Assembly: GCA_964387885.1 (NCBI GenBank)
Contig: CAYLYZ010000016.1
Span: 3,352 to 67,351, forward strand
Direction of reading: 5' to 3'
Source: an uncultured bacterium
GTDB taxonomy: Bacteria > Electryoneota > AABM5-125-24 > Hatepunaeales > Hatepunaeaceae
Length of the DNA: 64,000 bases
Shown: positions 1-8,886 of the stretch, piece after piece
How the letters are laid out: each line of letters begins with the position of its first letter
Position numbering within the stretch: the first letter of the stretch is position 1
The notes under the pieces: model-generated
The model's input: only the letters and a program-made list of their open reading frames with translations
The model's database searches: none
What the model was told of the DNA's origin: nothing
Made by a program: the position numbers and the translations under genes

Positions 1-63
1 GAGACTGCCCTCATTATACAACTTTCCGAGTTTTCCGAACCAAGTCCTGCCTTGACTTGCGGG

Positions 64-603
64 ATGCTTCACTCTATATTTATAAAGAGTAGCTGTATCA
101 ATAAACTGCGGTCGTTAACCATTAGGCTAAACACAGATTTGGACAGGCTCGATAATGTGACATGGACGGTACATCCTATGCTGGACAATCCCAAGAAAGG
201 AATCCTGTTCTGGATAATTCTTCCGATTGTTATCTACCTGTTTTACTGGAATATCGAACCAGATTTCTCAAGAATGGCAAGCAGGCTAAGCACAGTTGTG
301 ATTACATTGATACTCCTGATTTATTTCTCTTCGATCTATCTATCAACAAGATTCACAATTGACTCAGATGGGATAGCCCTTTCGCGATGGCTTATTACTA
401 AACGTCTTCCATGGAACAGGGTCAGATCGATAGTTGAAGAGAAAACCGGAGTTTTCATATCTCCATTTCCGGTAAGAACGAGATTAGAAAATTTTCGAGG
501 AATATTCCTCTTTTTCAGGAATAATCGTGACGAAGTGATAAATTGCATTCGGATTCACAAGCCGGATTTACCGGGATTAGCAGAGATTAACAATGACGGG
601 TGA
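64..603 (+). CDS. small membrane protein, function unknown
   Basis: ORF 52..603 starts at TTG, with an internal ATG at 64. Two hydrophobic helices (ILFWIILPIVIYLFYW, VVITLILLIYFSSIYL) are followed by a soluble tail. Overlaps the next ORF by 11 nt. Confidence 0.4.
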   Translation: MLHSIFIKSSCINKLRSLTIRLNTDLDRLDNVTWTVHPMLDNPKKGILFWIILPIVIYLFYWNIEPDFSRMASRLSTVVITLILLIYFSSIYLSTRFTIDSDGIALSRWLITKRLPWNRVRSIVEEKTGVFISPFPVRTRLENFRGIFLFFRNNRDEVINCIRIHKPDLPGLAEINNDG

Positions 604-952
604 ATCCAACACCTCAGTCTTTGAAGATGAGCTGACGGAACGGCAGAAAGAACTGATAGGAAAACTCGCTGACTGGACAGTCAGGAAACGTATGACAGCA
701 CCTGCTATCCTCTTCCTCGAATCAATCCGCCCACTGAATTACGTTGGCAGTCAGGTCATGGTGTTCTTTGCGCCTGTAGTTAACGCAGTTTTCAATTTGC
801 CCGAATGGGATGAACTAAGAGCTGTTCTCGAACGTCGCGAATCGGTCGCATATATCCTTGACCTTATCGAAGAAAAGGAAGCAGATTTCTTGACCGAAGA
901 GAGTATCAGAAAAAAAGAAGCAAAAGCCCGAAAGAAAGAGGCAACCAAATGA
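593..952 (+). CDS. hypothetical protein with Lys/Glu-rich tail
   Basis: 119-aa ORF that overlaps both neighbours (ATGA overlap with 949..1452), so it looks operonic. No recognisable motif. Confidence 0.4.
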   Translation: MTGESNTSVFEDELTERQKELIGKLADWTVRKRMTAPAILFLESIRPLNYVGSQVMVFFAPVVNAVFNLPEWDELRAVLERRESVAYILDLIEEKEADFLTEESIRKKEAKARKKEATK

Positions 953-1452
953 ACGAAGCAAACGCAACATCCTTTTTGCGCGGTCTGCGCGGAATGTGGT
1001 CACACCCGGATCCTGTCCAGGTGATAGCCAATATCGATTTCGAATCCGCCGGAGCCTCAATGCCCGGAAACCCGCATACGATCTGGCAGATACTCCGTCA
1101 CACCTACGGATGGTGCTGGCTTTCAATAGATTGGGCACGACCCGACGACAACTTTCCAGATCCGGATAAAGATAATTACTTCTTCCCGGAGAAAGCACCC
1201 GAAAACGAGGAACAATGGAAAGCTGCGCAAAGTGAAATGCAGGAAATAGTAGACGCCTTGAAAGAAATTCTTCCGGATATCGATCTTGAACATAAATACG
1301 AAAATCTCCATAACATGACATCCGGTGATCTGCTGATGATCCTGACAACTCACACGAGTTATCATATGGGGCAGATTAGCATGATTTTGAAAACGAATGG
1401 GAAGATGAAGGATATGAAAGATTTATTTGTTGAAGATGTTGGGGAATTGTAG
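949..1452 (+). CDS. DinB-family (four-helix bundle, metal-binding) protein
   Basis: Length about 165 aa. The C-terminal HTSYHMGQISMILK matches the DinB/YfiT-type His motif. Confidence 0.55.
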   Translation: MNEANATSFLRGLRGMWSHPDPVQVIANIDFESAGASMPGNPHTIWQILRHTYGWCWLSIDWARPDDNFPDPDKDNYFFPEKAPENEEQWKAAQSEMQEIVDALKEILPDIDLEHKYENLHNMTSGDLLMILTTHTSYHMGQISMILKTNGKMKDMKDLFVEDVGEL

Positions 1453-1460
1453 GGGGAGAT

Positions 1461-2705
1461 ATGGCTAAAAAGAAAATACCTGAACAAAAAGAATCATCGG
1501 TTCTAACCAAGATTTCGGTTGAGGGATTTAAGTGTTTTCGGGATAAGACTGATGTCGAAATCCGTCCACTTACGATTTTGGCGGGCGCAAATTCAAGTGG
1601 GAAGACTTCTATTATGCAGCCTCTTTTGTTGATGAAACAAACTGTGCTCTATCCAACAGAAATGAGTTCAGCACTGAATATTAACGATTCGAATGTATCA
1701 CTTACATCTTATGACCAGATTTTCGGGAATCACGGTGGTAAAAATATAGAGGAAGTTCGTTTCAAATTATCTCGATCTGACCTCAGTAGTATTGAGTTCA
1801 TATTAAAGGATGGAGATGTTGACCTAACCTGGGAGAAATTGACACCTGAACCGAAAAGTTTTGATTTACGTGTTAAGAAATCTATCGGAATCAACGATCC
1901 AAATGAAAGTATACATGCTAATGCGAAGAATTTCAAACATATAATTCAAATACATTTCAGTGATGTAATGGGACTCCTGCATGTGGCTGGGATCAGAATG
2001 TCTGAACCTAGACACCACGCTTTCTTAGGCTTAGTTGATCAGAAGAGCCTATACCGAGGACGATTTGATGATTATGTCGCAAGTTTACTTTTTACATGGC
2101 AGTCAAAAAATAGACGTCATGAACTACTTCAATTATATAAACAACTTGAGGAACTCTCATTAGCCTATAATGTTTTTACTGAAAGACACTATTCTGATAA
2201 ATTGTACATTAAAGTAAGTATGATCTCCAAATCTCATAAGCCTGAGAGTAAATACAATATAGCAGATGTAGGTATCGGAGTTTCTCAAGCATTACCCGCT
2301 TTGGTTGCTCTAATTGCCGCAAAACCCGGCCAAATCGTCTACATCGAGCAACCCGAAATCCACATCCACCCTCGCGCACAATTCGACCTTGCAAAAATCC
2401 TCGCGGATGCATCAAATCGGGGTGTTATCGTCATTGCTGAAACTCACAGTGACCAATTGCTGTTAGGGATTCAGCATCAAGTGGCAAGTGGACAGATTGA
2501 TACGAGCAAGGTAAAACTTCATTGGTTTGAACGGGACGAAGAAGGCGCGTCGCATGTTGACAGCACCGATTTGGATGAAAGAGGAATACCAAAGAAGGAC
2601 TGGAAAGCAGACTTCGACGAAGTCTATATGGCTAATCAAGGTAAGTATCTAAAAGCATCCTTTAATAAGGAAAAAAAGAAATTAAAAACGAAAACACCCG
2701 CTTAA
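1461..2705 (+). CDS. ABC-type (AAA_21/AAA_15-like) ATPase with DUF3696-like C-terminal tail
   Basis: GGGGGAG RBS upstream. Walker A is LAGANSSGKTS. Walker B/D-loop is IVYIEQPEIHIHP. H-loop is IAETHSDQLL. The tail VKLHWFERDEEG...DWKADFDEV resembles DUF3696. Confidence 0.75.
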   Translation: MAKKKIPEQKESSVLTKISVEGFKCFRDKTDVEIRPLTILAGANSSGKTSIMQPLLLMKQTVLYPTEMSSALNINDSNVSLTSYDQIFGNHGGKNIEEVRFKLSRSDLSSIEFILKDGDVDLTWEKLTPEPKSFDLRVKKSIGINDPNESIHANAKNFKHIIQIHFSDVMGLLHVAGIRMSEPRHHAFLGLVDQKSLYRGRFDDYVASLLFTWQSKNRRHELLQLYKQLEELSLAYNVFTERHYSDKLYIKVSMISKSHKPESKYNIADVGIGVSQALPALVALIAAKPGQIVYIEQPEIHIHPRAQFDLAKILADASNRGVIVIAETHSDQLLLGIQHQVASGQIDTSKVKLHWFERDEEGASHVDSTDLDERGIPKKDWKADFDEVYMANQGKYLKASFNKEKKKLKTKTPA

Positions 2706-3217
2706 TTATCGATGCTTGTGTTGCCGGGAGAGTCGGTGGTGATAATCCGGAGAACGAATCAGCTCAGTTATGTCTGGACTGTCTCATTTCAATTTTCGAC
2801 AACGAATACTCAATTGTATTCGATGATATAATCGAAGAGGAATGGGATAATCATGCATCACGTTATTCTAAGGGCTGGCTCTTAGCGATGAATAATAAGA
2901 ATAGAATTGAAAGGCCAGAGATAATTCAGGATGAGCGTCTAAGAGACTTCATTCAATCGCTCCCTGATCAGGGTGTGACGAACCTTTTATTGAGAGATGT
3001 TCACATGATAGAGGCAGCTTTCGTAACTGAAAACAGAATAATTTCAACAGATGATAAAGCCAGGAAGCATTTTGGATTACAGATACTTGAATTATATGAC
3101 CAACTTAGAGATATTCTTTGGGTGAATCCGGAGAAGCCAGAAGAGAAGTGTGTTGAGTGGCTTGATAAGGGTGCAGTAGCAGACGATAAATACAAACTTG
3201 AAAACTTTAACAACTAG
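2672..3217 (+). CDS. PIN-like nuclease-domain ORF lacking a canonical start; probably a -1 frameshift or fusion extension of the ATPase
   Basis: The frame is open from 2669. The first ATG is at 2888, but 73 upstream codons are stop-free and protein-like (LIIDACVAG...EEEW...). The acidic pattern IIDAC / EEEW / LLRDVHMIEAA / IISTDDK resembles PIN. A slippery A_AAA_AAG lies at 2672-2678 in the ATPase frame. Confidence 0.5.
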   Translation, partial: KKEIKNENTRLIIDACVAGRVGGDNPENESAQLCLDCLISIFDNEYSIVFDDIIEEEWDNHASRYSKGWLLAMNNKNRIERPEIIQDERLRDFIQSLPDQGVTNLLLRDVHMIEAAFVTENRIISTDDKARKHFGLQILELYDQLRDILWVNPEKPEEKCVEWLDKGAVADDKYKLENFNN

Positions 3218-3220
3218 ATA

Positions 3221-5002
3221 ATGCCAAACGAACCAAAAACCATCCTCGCCACAGATTGTGGCTCGACGACAACCAAGGCGATCCTGATTGAAAAGCAGGA
3301 TTCCGGTGAATACCGCCTTGTGGTGCGTGGTGAAGCTCCAACAACGGTTGAAGCTCCATTTGAAGACGTCACTAAAGGTGCCTTGAACGCGATCCGTGAG
3401 GTCGAGGAACTGTCAGACAGACATTTTATCTCCGATGACGAGACAATAGTACGCCCCGACAGCGGCGACCTCGGCACGGATATTTACATATCGACCTCAT
3501 CGGCAGGCGGTGGCTTGCAGATGATGGTCTCCGGTGTAGTTAAATCAATGACAGCCGAATCAGCAGAACGCGCCGCACTCGGTGCCGGATCAATCGTGAT
3601 GGATGTGCTCGCTTCCAACGACGGACGTCTCGCTCATGAGAAAATCGAGCGAATAAGACGCTTGCGCCCCGACATGATATTGCTCTCCGGAGGGATTGAC
3701 GGCGGGACGACCAAACATGTCGTTGAACTCGCCGAGTTAATATCAGCGGCACGTCCCCGTCCACGATTGGGCGGTGGCTACGATCTGCCCGTTATCTATG
3801 CCGGGAACAATAAAGCCTGCGATGAAGTTGACAATGCACTGGGAGATAAAGTATCGCTCAAGATAGTTGACAACCTCCGCCCTATCCTCGAGCAGGAAAA
3901 CCTTGGACCGGCACGTGACAAGATACACGACCTTTTCATGGAACATGTTATGGCTCAAGCTCCTGGTTACAATAAACTGATGAGCTGGACGGATGCTCCG
4001 ATTATGCCTACACCTGGTGCAGTCGGTAATATAATGGAAACAATCTCGAAGAAAGACGGTATCGACCTCGTCGGAGTTGACATTGGTGGAGCTACAACTG
4101 ACGTTTTCAGCGTCTTCGGAGGTGTCTTTAACCGAACGGTATCGGCTAACCTCGGAATGAGTTATTCAATCTCGAACGTACTCGCCGAAGCCGGCTTTGA
4201 TAACATCATGCGCTGGGTTCCCTTTGATATCAGCGAGGAAGACTTGCGTGACCGGATCGGTAATAAAATGATCCGACCGACCACGATCCCGCAGACACTT
4301 GAGGAATTGAAGATTGAACAGGCAATTGCGCGTGAAGCATTGAGGCTGGCATTCATACAGCATAAATCTTTTGCCGTTGGGCTAAAAGGTGTTCAGCAAG
4401 AACGCTCAATCTCAGATACTTTTTCACAGAAGTCTACCGGTGAAACTCTCGTCGACATGATGTCGTTAAACATGTTGGTCGGTTCGGGAGGCGCATTATC
4501 ACATGCTCCCAACCGCTCCCAGGCTGCACAGATGATGATCGACGCATTTTTACCGGAAGGTGTAACCCGATTGGCTGTAGACTCAATTTTCATGATGCCC
4601 CAACTCGGTGTGCTTGCAACGGTGAACGAACGGGCAGCAACTGAAGTCTTTGAGAAAGACTGCCTGATCCACCTTGGAACCTGTATTGCCCCATTGGGCA
4701 CAGGCAAAGCAGGAAAACCTGTACTCCAGATTACCGGCAAATCCAATAGAGGCAGAGAAGTTAACCTTGAAGTCAATTTTGACGAATTAGTGCTGACCGA
4801 GTTCGAAGTTGACGAAACCATGCATGCTCACATAACTCCGGCTAAAGGACTGGATATGGGCGAAGGACCCGGTAAACCTGTGGAGCGAGTGGTTCATGGG
4901 GGCGTCGTCGGCTTAGTAATTGATACTCGAGGCCGCCCTTGTGACTTGAGACGTGATACTAAGGAAAGAGTTCAGAAATTGAACAAATGGAAATTGGATT
5001 GA
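3221..5002 (+). CDS. GlmL/MutL-family (glutamate mutase L-like) ASKHA-fold ATPase-like protein, long form
   Basis: The N-terminal ILATDCGSTTTKAILIE, the second phosphate motif VGVDIGGATTDVFSVF and LLSGGIDGGT are typical of the GlmL/MutL family. Confidence 0.65.
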   Translation: MPNEPKTILATDCGSTTTKAILIEKQDSGEYRLVVRGEAPTTVEAPFEDVTKGALNAIREVEELSDRHFISDDETIVRPDSGDLGTDIYISTSSAGGGLQMMVSGVVKSMTAESAERAALGAGSIVMDVLASNDGRLAHEKIERIRRLRPDMILLSGGIDGGTTKHVVELAELISAARPRPRLGGGYDLPVIYAGNNKACDEVDNALGDKVSLKIVDNLRPILEQENLGPARDKIHDLFMEHVMAQAPGYNKLMSWTDAPIMPTPGAVGNIMETISKKDGIDLVGVDIGGATTDVFSVFGGVFNRTVSANLGMSYSISNVLAEAGFDNIMRWVPFDISEEDLRDRIGNKMIRPTTIPQTLEELKIEQAIAREALRLAFIQHKSFAVGLKGVQQERSISDTFSQKSTGETLVDMMSLNMLVGSGGALSHAPNRSQAAQMMIDAFLPEGVTRLAVDSIFMMPQLGVLATVNERAATEVFEKDCLIHLGTCIAPLGTGKAGKPVLQITGKSNRGREVNLEVNFDELVLTEFEVDETMHAHITPAKGLDMGEGPGKPVERVVHGGVVGLVIDTRGRPCDLRRDTKERVQKLNKWKLD

Positions 5003-5060
5003 CTTCCAAAAGAAGATGAAAATTAATCGGTTGAAAGATGTAGATGTTTAGGGAAAACTC

Positions 5061-5537
5061 ATGAAGAAGATTATTTTTGTAGTATTTTTGATGCTCTTCA
5101 CGCTGGGTTGTTCAGAAGAGAAAGCAAAAAACGAGAACCCAAAAGTTTATCCCGGGCTACCACGGAAATTTGATGTGGGAGATCAGACTCTGAAAAACAA
5201 ACTTCCGGCAGATGTGAGCGATGGATTTCTCGGTTTCGGAAAAGCTCCCGGATTCAGTTATGGCTTGCTGATGGCTCACAAAACTATTACACCCCGATAT
5301 CATGAGCGTAGCGATATGCTTGTTTATATACACAGTGGAATTACACGATTTCAGGTCGGTGATGAGAATTTTTGGGCTGCGGGTGGAGATATTGTATATA
5401 TTCCTCGAGGTTCAACATATGCAGTCACAACCAAAGAAAGATATCCGCTTGAATTTGTAACGGTTTATTCTCCACCTTTTGATCCCAATGATGTAGTATA
5501 TCCAGTACTCGAAAAACCAGCTCCTTTGGTCGAATAA
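5061..5537 (+). CDS. cupin-domain lipoprotein
   Basis: Signal peptide with lipobox (FTLGCSEE). Cupin beta-barrel pattern YIHSGITRFQVGDE...GDIVYIPRGSTYAV. Confidence 0.55.
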   Translation: MKKIIFVVFLMLFTLGCSEEKAKNENPKVYPGLPRKFDVGDQTLKNKLPADVSDGFLGFGKAPGFSYGLLMAHKTITPRYHERSDMLVYIHSGITRFQVGDENFWAAGGDIVYIPRGSTYAVTTKERYPLEFVTVYSPPFDPNDVVYPVLEKPAPLVE

Positions 5538-5538
5538 G

Positions 5539-6294
5539 ATGAACCGAAAAAAACTTGAGACATATCTGTCAGATTTCCTTGACATCCAAAGCTATAAAGA
5601 TTATTGTGTGAATGGCTTGCAGGTTCAGGGACGTGAAGAGATCAAATCAATTGTTACTGGCGTCTCTGCCAGTGAGCGCTTATTTAAAGCTGCAATTGAT
5701 AATAAGGCAGACACAATTATTGTTCATCATGGCTTATTCTGGCGAAATTCACCTAATCCGTTTCATCTTACAGGGATAACTTATAATCGTGTTAAGCTGC
5801 TAATTAAGCATAATATTAACCTGTTTGCATATCATCTACCGCTCGATTCACACCCGAAGATTGGTAATAATGCCTTAATAGCTAAAGCCCTTGGACTCAA
5901 GAACAGGAAAATGGTGGAATTTCCTGACATCTCAGCTGGAATGGGTGAGCTTAAGACACCATTGTCAGCAAATGAATTTAAAGGCTACGCTGATAAACTT
6001 CTGGATACTAACGGATTAATGTTACCCGGCAACAAGAACTCTATTCTAAAAGTGTTTGTTATATCCGGTGGCGGTGGGAATGATTATCATGATGCCTATT
6101 CAAATGGCGCTGATGTCTATGTTACAGGAGAATTGGAGGAGCACTCCGTAAGAGGAGCAGAAGAACTTGGATTGGCATTATATGCCCCGGGACATTACAA
6201 CAGCGAGAAGTGGGGAATTCGAGAACTTGGCAACTTTCTCCAAAGAGAATTAGGTCTAAAGACAGAATTTGTTGATGTTCCCAATCCAATTTAG
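5539..6294 (+). CDS. Nif3-like dinuclear metal centre protein (YbgI/GTP cyclohydrolase 1 type 2 family)
   Basis: NGLQVQG, IIVHHGLFW, AYHLPLDSHP and GHYNSEKWG are characteristic NIF3 motifs. Length 251 aa. Confidence 0.85.
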   Translation: MNRKKLETYLSDFLDIQSYKDYCVNGLQVQGREEIKSIVTGVSASERLFKAAIDNKADTIIVHHGLFWRNSPNPFHLTGITYNRVKLLIKHNINLFAYHLPLDSHPKIGNNALIAKALGLKNRKMVEFPDISAGMGELKTPLSANEFKGYADKLLDTNGLMLPGNKNSILKVFVISGGGGNDYHDAYSNGADVYVTGELEEHSVRGAEELGLALYAPGHYNSEKWGIRELGNFLQRELGLKTEFVDVPNPI

Positions 6295-6441
6295 CAATCG
6301 TACATACTCATTTGATCGCAACATTAAGAACCGTAGATCGATTTCTTCGGTGAAATAGAAAAATTTACTTCCCGTAGACATAACGGGAAAACGACTTATG
6401 CGAGCTGAGTGGAATGTTTATTTATTTTAGTGGAGGTTTTC

Positions 6442-7212
6442 ATGTCTGATTTTGAATTTATCAAGTTTAATCGAGATGGTGGTCGCGCTGACCTGAAGTT
6501 CAGTAATCCACCTCACAATCTGTTAACTGTTGAGATGCTTGAAGAAATCGTTCGAGCACTCGATACTCTACGTGATGATGATACACTGAAAGTTTTACTT
6601 ATTCAGGGTGAGGGTGACACCTTCTGCGGTGGTGTCAGGACTGAGGATATAATGGCTGATAGTATTGGCGCATTAATGCCTCTCTATTCAAGAGTGTATA
6701 ACCACCTGAACGATATCCGAGGCGTAACGGTTTCTGCTGTTTTAGGTGAAGCCTCCGGTTTCGGTTGTGAGCTTGCAGCATTCTGTGATGTTTGTATCGC
6801 CGCCGATAACGCTATGTTCAGCTTTCCGCAGATTCAACTTGGGCTGTTTCCGCCAATTGCAACTGCTATTCTGCCTCGTCTTATCGGTCGAAACCGTGCC
6901 ATAGACTGGATCGTATCCGGAAGACGGGTAACAGCCAAAGAAGCTGCGGAAGCTTCAATGGTCGCAAGGACTATTCCCGATTTAGCGCTGTCACAGTATG
7001 CGAATGCCTATGCAGAGAGGATTAACCACTTCAGTGCTCCGGCAGTTGTACTTGCAAAACGTGCTGTCGATCAAGCACTATACACACCGGCAATGGATGC
7101 ACTTAGAGCTACGGAATCACTCTACATGCTGGATCTGATGAACAGTCTTGATCCAACTGAAGGATTAAAAGCCAGCCTCGAAGATAGAGATCCCGTGTGG
7201 AAGAACAAGTGA
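6442..7212 (+). CDS. enoyl-CoA hydratase/isomerase (crotonase) family protein
   Basis: GGAGG RBS before the ATG at 6442. Crotonase core FCGG...GFGCELAAFCDVCIAADNAMFSFPQIQLGLFPP. Confidence 0.8.
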   Translation: MSDFEFIKFNRDGGRADLKFSNPPHNLLTVEMLEEIVRALDTLRDDDTLKVLLIQGEGDTFCGGVRTEDIMADSIGALMPLYSRVYNHLNDIRGVTVSAVLGEASGFGCELAAFCDVCIAADNAMFSFPQIQLGLFPPIATAILPRLIGRNRAIDWIVSGRRVTAKEAAEASMVARTIPDLALSQYANAYAERINHFSAPAVVLAKRAVDQALYTPAMDALRATESLYMLDLMNSLDPTEGLKASLEDRDPVWKNK

Positions 7213-7265
7213 GTTAGATATATTACCTGTACGGACGCAATGTGAGTATAGTTAACGATTCTACG

Positions 7266-7715
7266 ATGGTTGCTGCCTATGTATTTCGCAAAGCAGGTGA
7301 AGAAATACAACTGCTGCTAATGCAACGTCCTCCGGACTGTCGATATGCACCTTTGACCTGGCAGATTGTCTATGGTCATAAAGAACTTTTCGAGAATGGT
7401 GATAATACAATTCTCCGGGAAATTCGTGAGGAGACGGGGATTAATCCCGAATCGATTTATAACACAGACAAAAGGTTCTATAATGTCCGGGAAAACATTT
7501 GGGTATCTACACCTGTACCCGTTTATGTTGCTTTCGTGGATTATAAAGCGACAGTTGTTCTTAATAGTGAGCATATCGCCTATCAATGGTGTGATTTGGC
7601 GGATGCTGAGGATATATTTATTTGGCCGGATCAGGTAAAGATGCTAAAGAAAATTCGTACCGTATTCATTGAGAATAATCCTCCCCGGGAAAATCGGATT
7701 GAGATCCCATTGTAG
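7266..7715 (+). CDS. NUDIX hydrolase
   Basis: Nudix box remnant GHKELFENGDNTILREIREETGI. The ORF opens at GTG 7242 and the ATG at 7266 is the likelier start. Confidence 0.7.
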   Translation: MVAAYVFRKAGEEIQLLLMQRPPDCRYAPLTWQIVYGHKELFENGDNTILREIREETGINPESIYNTDKRFYNVRENIWVSTPVPVYVAFVDYKATVVLNSEHIAYQWCDLADAEDIFIWPDQVKMLKKIRTVFIENNPPRENRIEIPL

Positions 7716-7800
7716 TTTCAATTAGTTATAGCAATTGATCTCAAGTGAACCTGGAAATTAGTTAACAATTGTCTTAGGTGAACTGAAAAAAACATTAAAA

Positions 7801-8793
7801 ATGTCACAAAACAAAAAACTGGTATTTTCCGGTATTCAACCTTCCGGAAATATACACATCGGAAACTACCTCGGTGCAGTAAGTAACTGGGTTGAACAAC
7901 AGGAGAATTACGACAATATCTTCTGCATTGTTAATCTTCATGCCATCACTGTCCCACAGGATCGAAAGATACTGAAAAAAAAGATATTTGAGCTTGCAGG
8001 ACTGCTTCTCGCAGCTGGAATTGATCCTGAACGATCATCCCTGTTTGTTCAATCTGATATCCCAGCTCACAGCGAATTAGCGTGGATTTTGAATTGTTAT
8101 ACTCCTATGGGTTGGATGCAAAGGATGACACAGTTCAAGGAAAAGTCTGGTAAACAAAAAGAGGAAGTTACAGTTGGGTTGTTCGACTATCCGGCACTTA
8201 TGGCTGCAGATATATTGTTGTATAATGCTAATGGTGTCCCTGTTGGAAACGACCAGAAACAGCATGTAGAACTTACACGGGATATTGCACAACGCTTTAA
8301 TCATATATATGGTGAAACTTTTGTGGTGCCTGAACCGATTATTCCGAAAGCTGGTGCTCGGATTATGGGTCTTGATGATCCACTAAAAAAAATGAGTAAG
8401 AGTGATGACAGCAAAGGTCATGCAATAGGTTTGCTCGACTCACCGAGTGAAATTCGCAAGAAATTTAAACGTGCCACTACCGATTCTGACCGATTGATTG
8501 CGTTCGACGAAAAAAGGGCAGCGATGTTTAATCTACTAACCATTTTTCAGATCTTCTCCGGTAAATCAAAAGCTGAAATCGAATCCCATTTTGACGGTAA
8601 AGGCTATGGAGATTTGAAAAATGACATTGCCGAAGCGGTAATAGAAAGATTGAGACCTCTTCATGAACGCTATGCACAAATCACCTCAGATAAGGGTTAC
8701 ATTGAATCTGTACTCGCAAAAGGTGCCGAAGAAGTCCAACCCATTGCAGAAAAGACTATTCGTAAGGTTCGTCGCAGAATTGGATTGGAATAG
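7801..8793 (+). CDS. trpS: tryptophan--tRNA ligase
   Basis: Class I signatures: the HIGN-type motif GNIHIGNYLGA and KMSKSD. Length 330 aa. Conserved DQKQHVELTRDIA. Confidence 0.95.
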   Translation: MSQNKKLVFSGIQPSGNIHIGNYLGAVSNWVEQQENYDNIFCIVNLHAITVPQDRKILKKKIFELAGLLLAAGIDPERSSLFVQSDIPAHSELAWILNCYTPMGWMQRMTQFKEKSGKQKEEVTVGLFDYPALMAADILLYNANGVPVGNDQKQHVELTRDIAQRFNHIYGETFVVPEPIIPKAGARIMGLDDPLKKMSKSDDSKGHAIGLLDSPSEIRKKFKRATTDSDRLIAFDEKRAAMFNLLTIFQIFSGKSKAEIESHFDGKGYGDLKNDIAEAVIERLRPLHERYAQITSDKGYIESVLAKGAEEVQPIAEKTIRKVRRRIGLE

Positions 8794-8806
8794 TCACTTA
8801 AGTGTT

Positions 8807-8866
8807 GTCAGACGTCCTCGTCTGACTCTCAAACCATCGTTTTTATGTCATGTGAGGACACCTGAC
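8807..8866. repeat. GTCAG-hairpin doublet
   Basis: GTCAGACGTCCTCGTCTGAC, a spacer, then GTCATGTGAGGACACCTGAC. Confidence 0.6.
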
Positions 8867-8886
8867 AGTGTTTTTGAAGTAGCCTT

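Noticed and set aside
2888-3217. Taking the track ORF (109 aa, ATG at 2888) at face value as a small stand-alone gene.
   Set aside because: The 73 in-frame codons upstream contain no stop and supply the first acidic motif (IIDAC) expected for a PIN-like fold. A 109-aa product would be a truncated domain, so the longer frameshift or fusion reading is preferred, though unproven.
7716-7800. Looked for T-box leaders or attenuators upstream of trpS, and likewise upstream of glnS (42239-42300).
   Set aside because: Both leaders are short (about 85 and 60 nt). They have no specifier-loop or T-box consensus and no terminator/antiterminator pair that I could fold.
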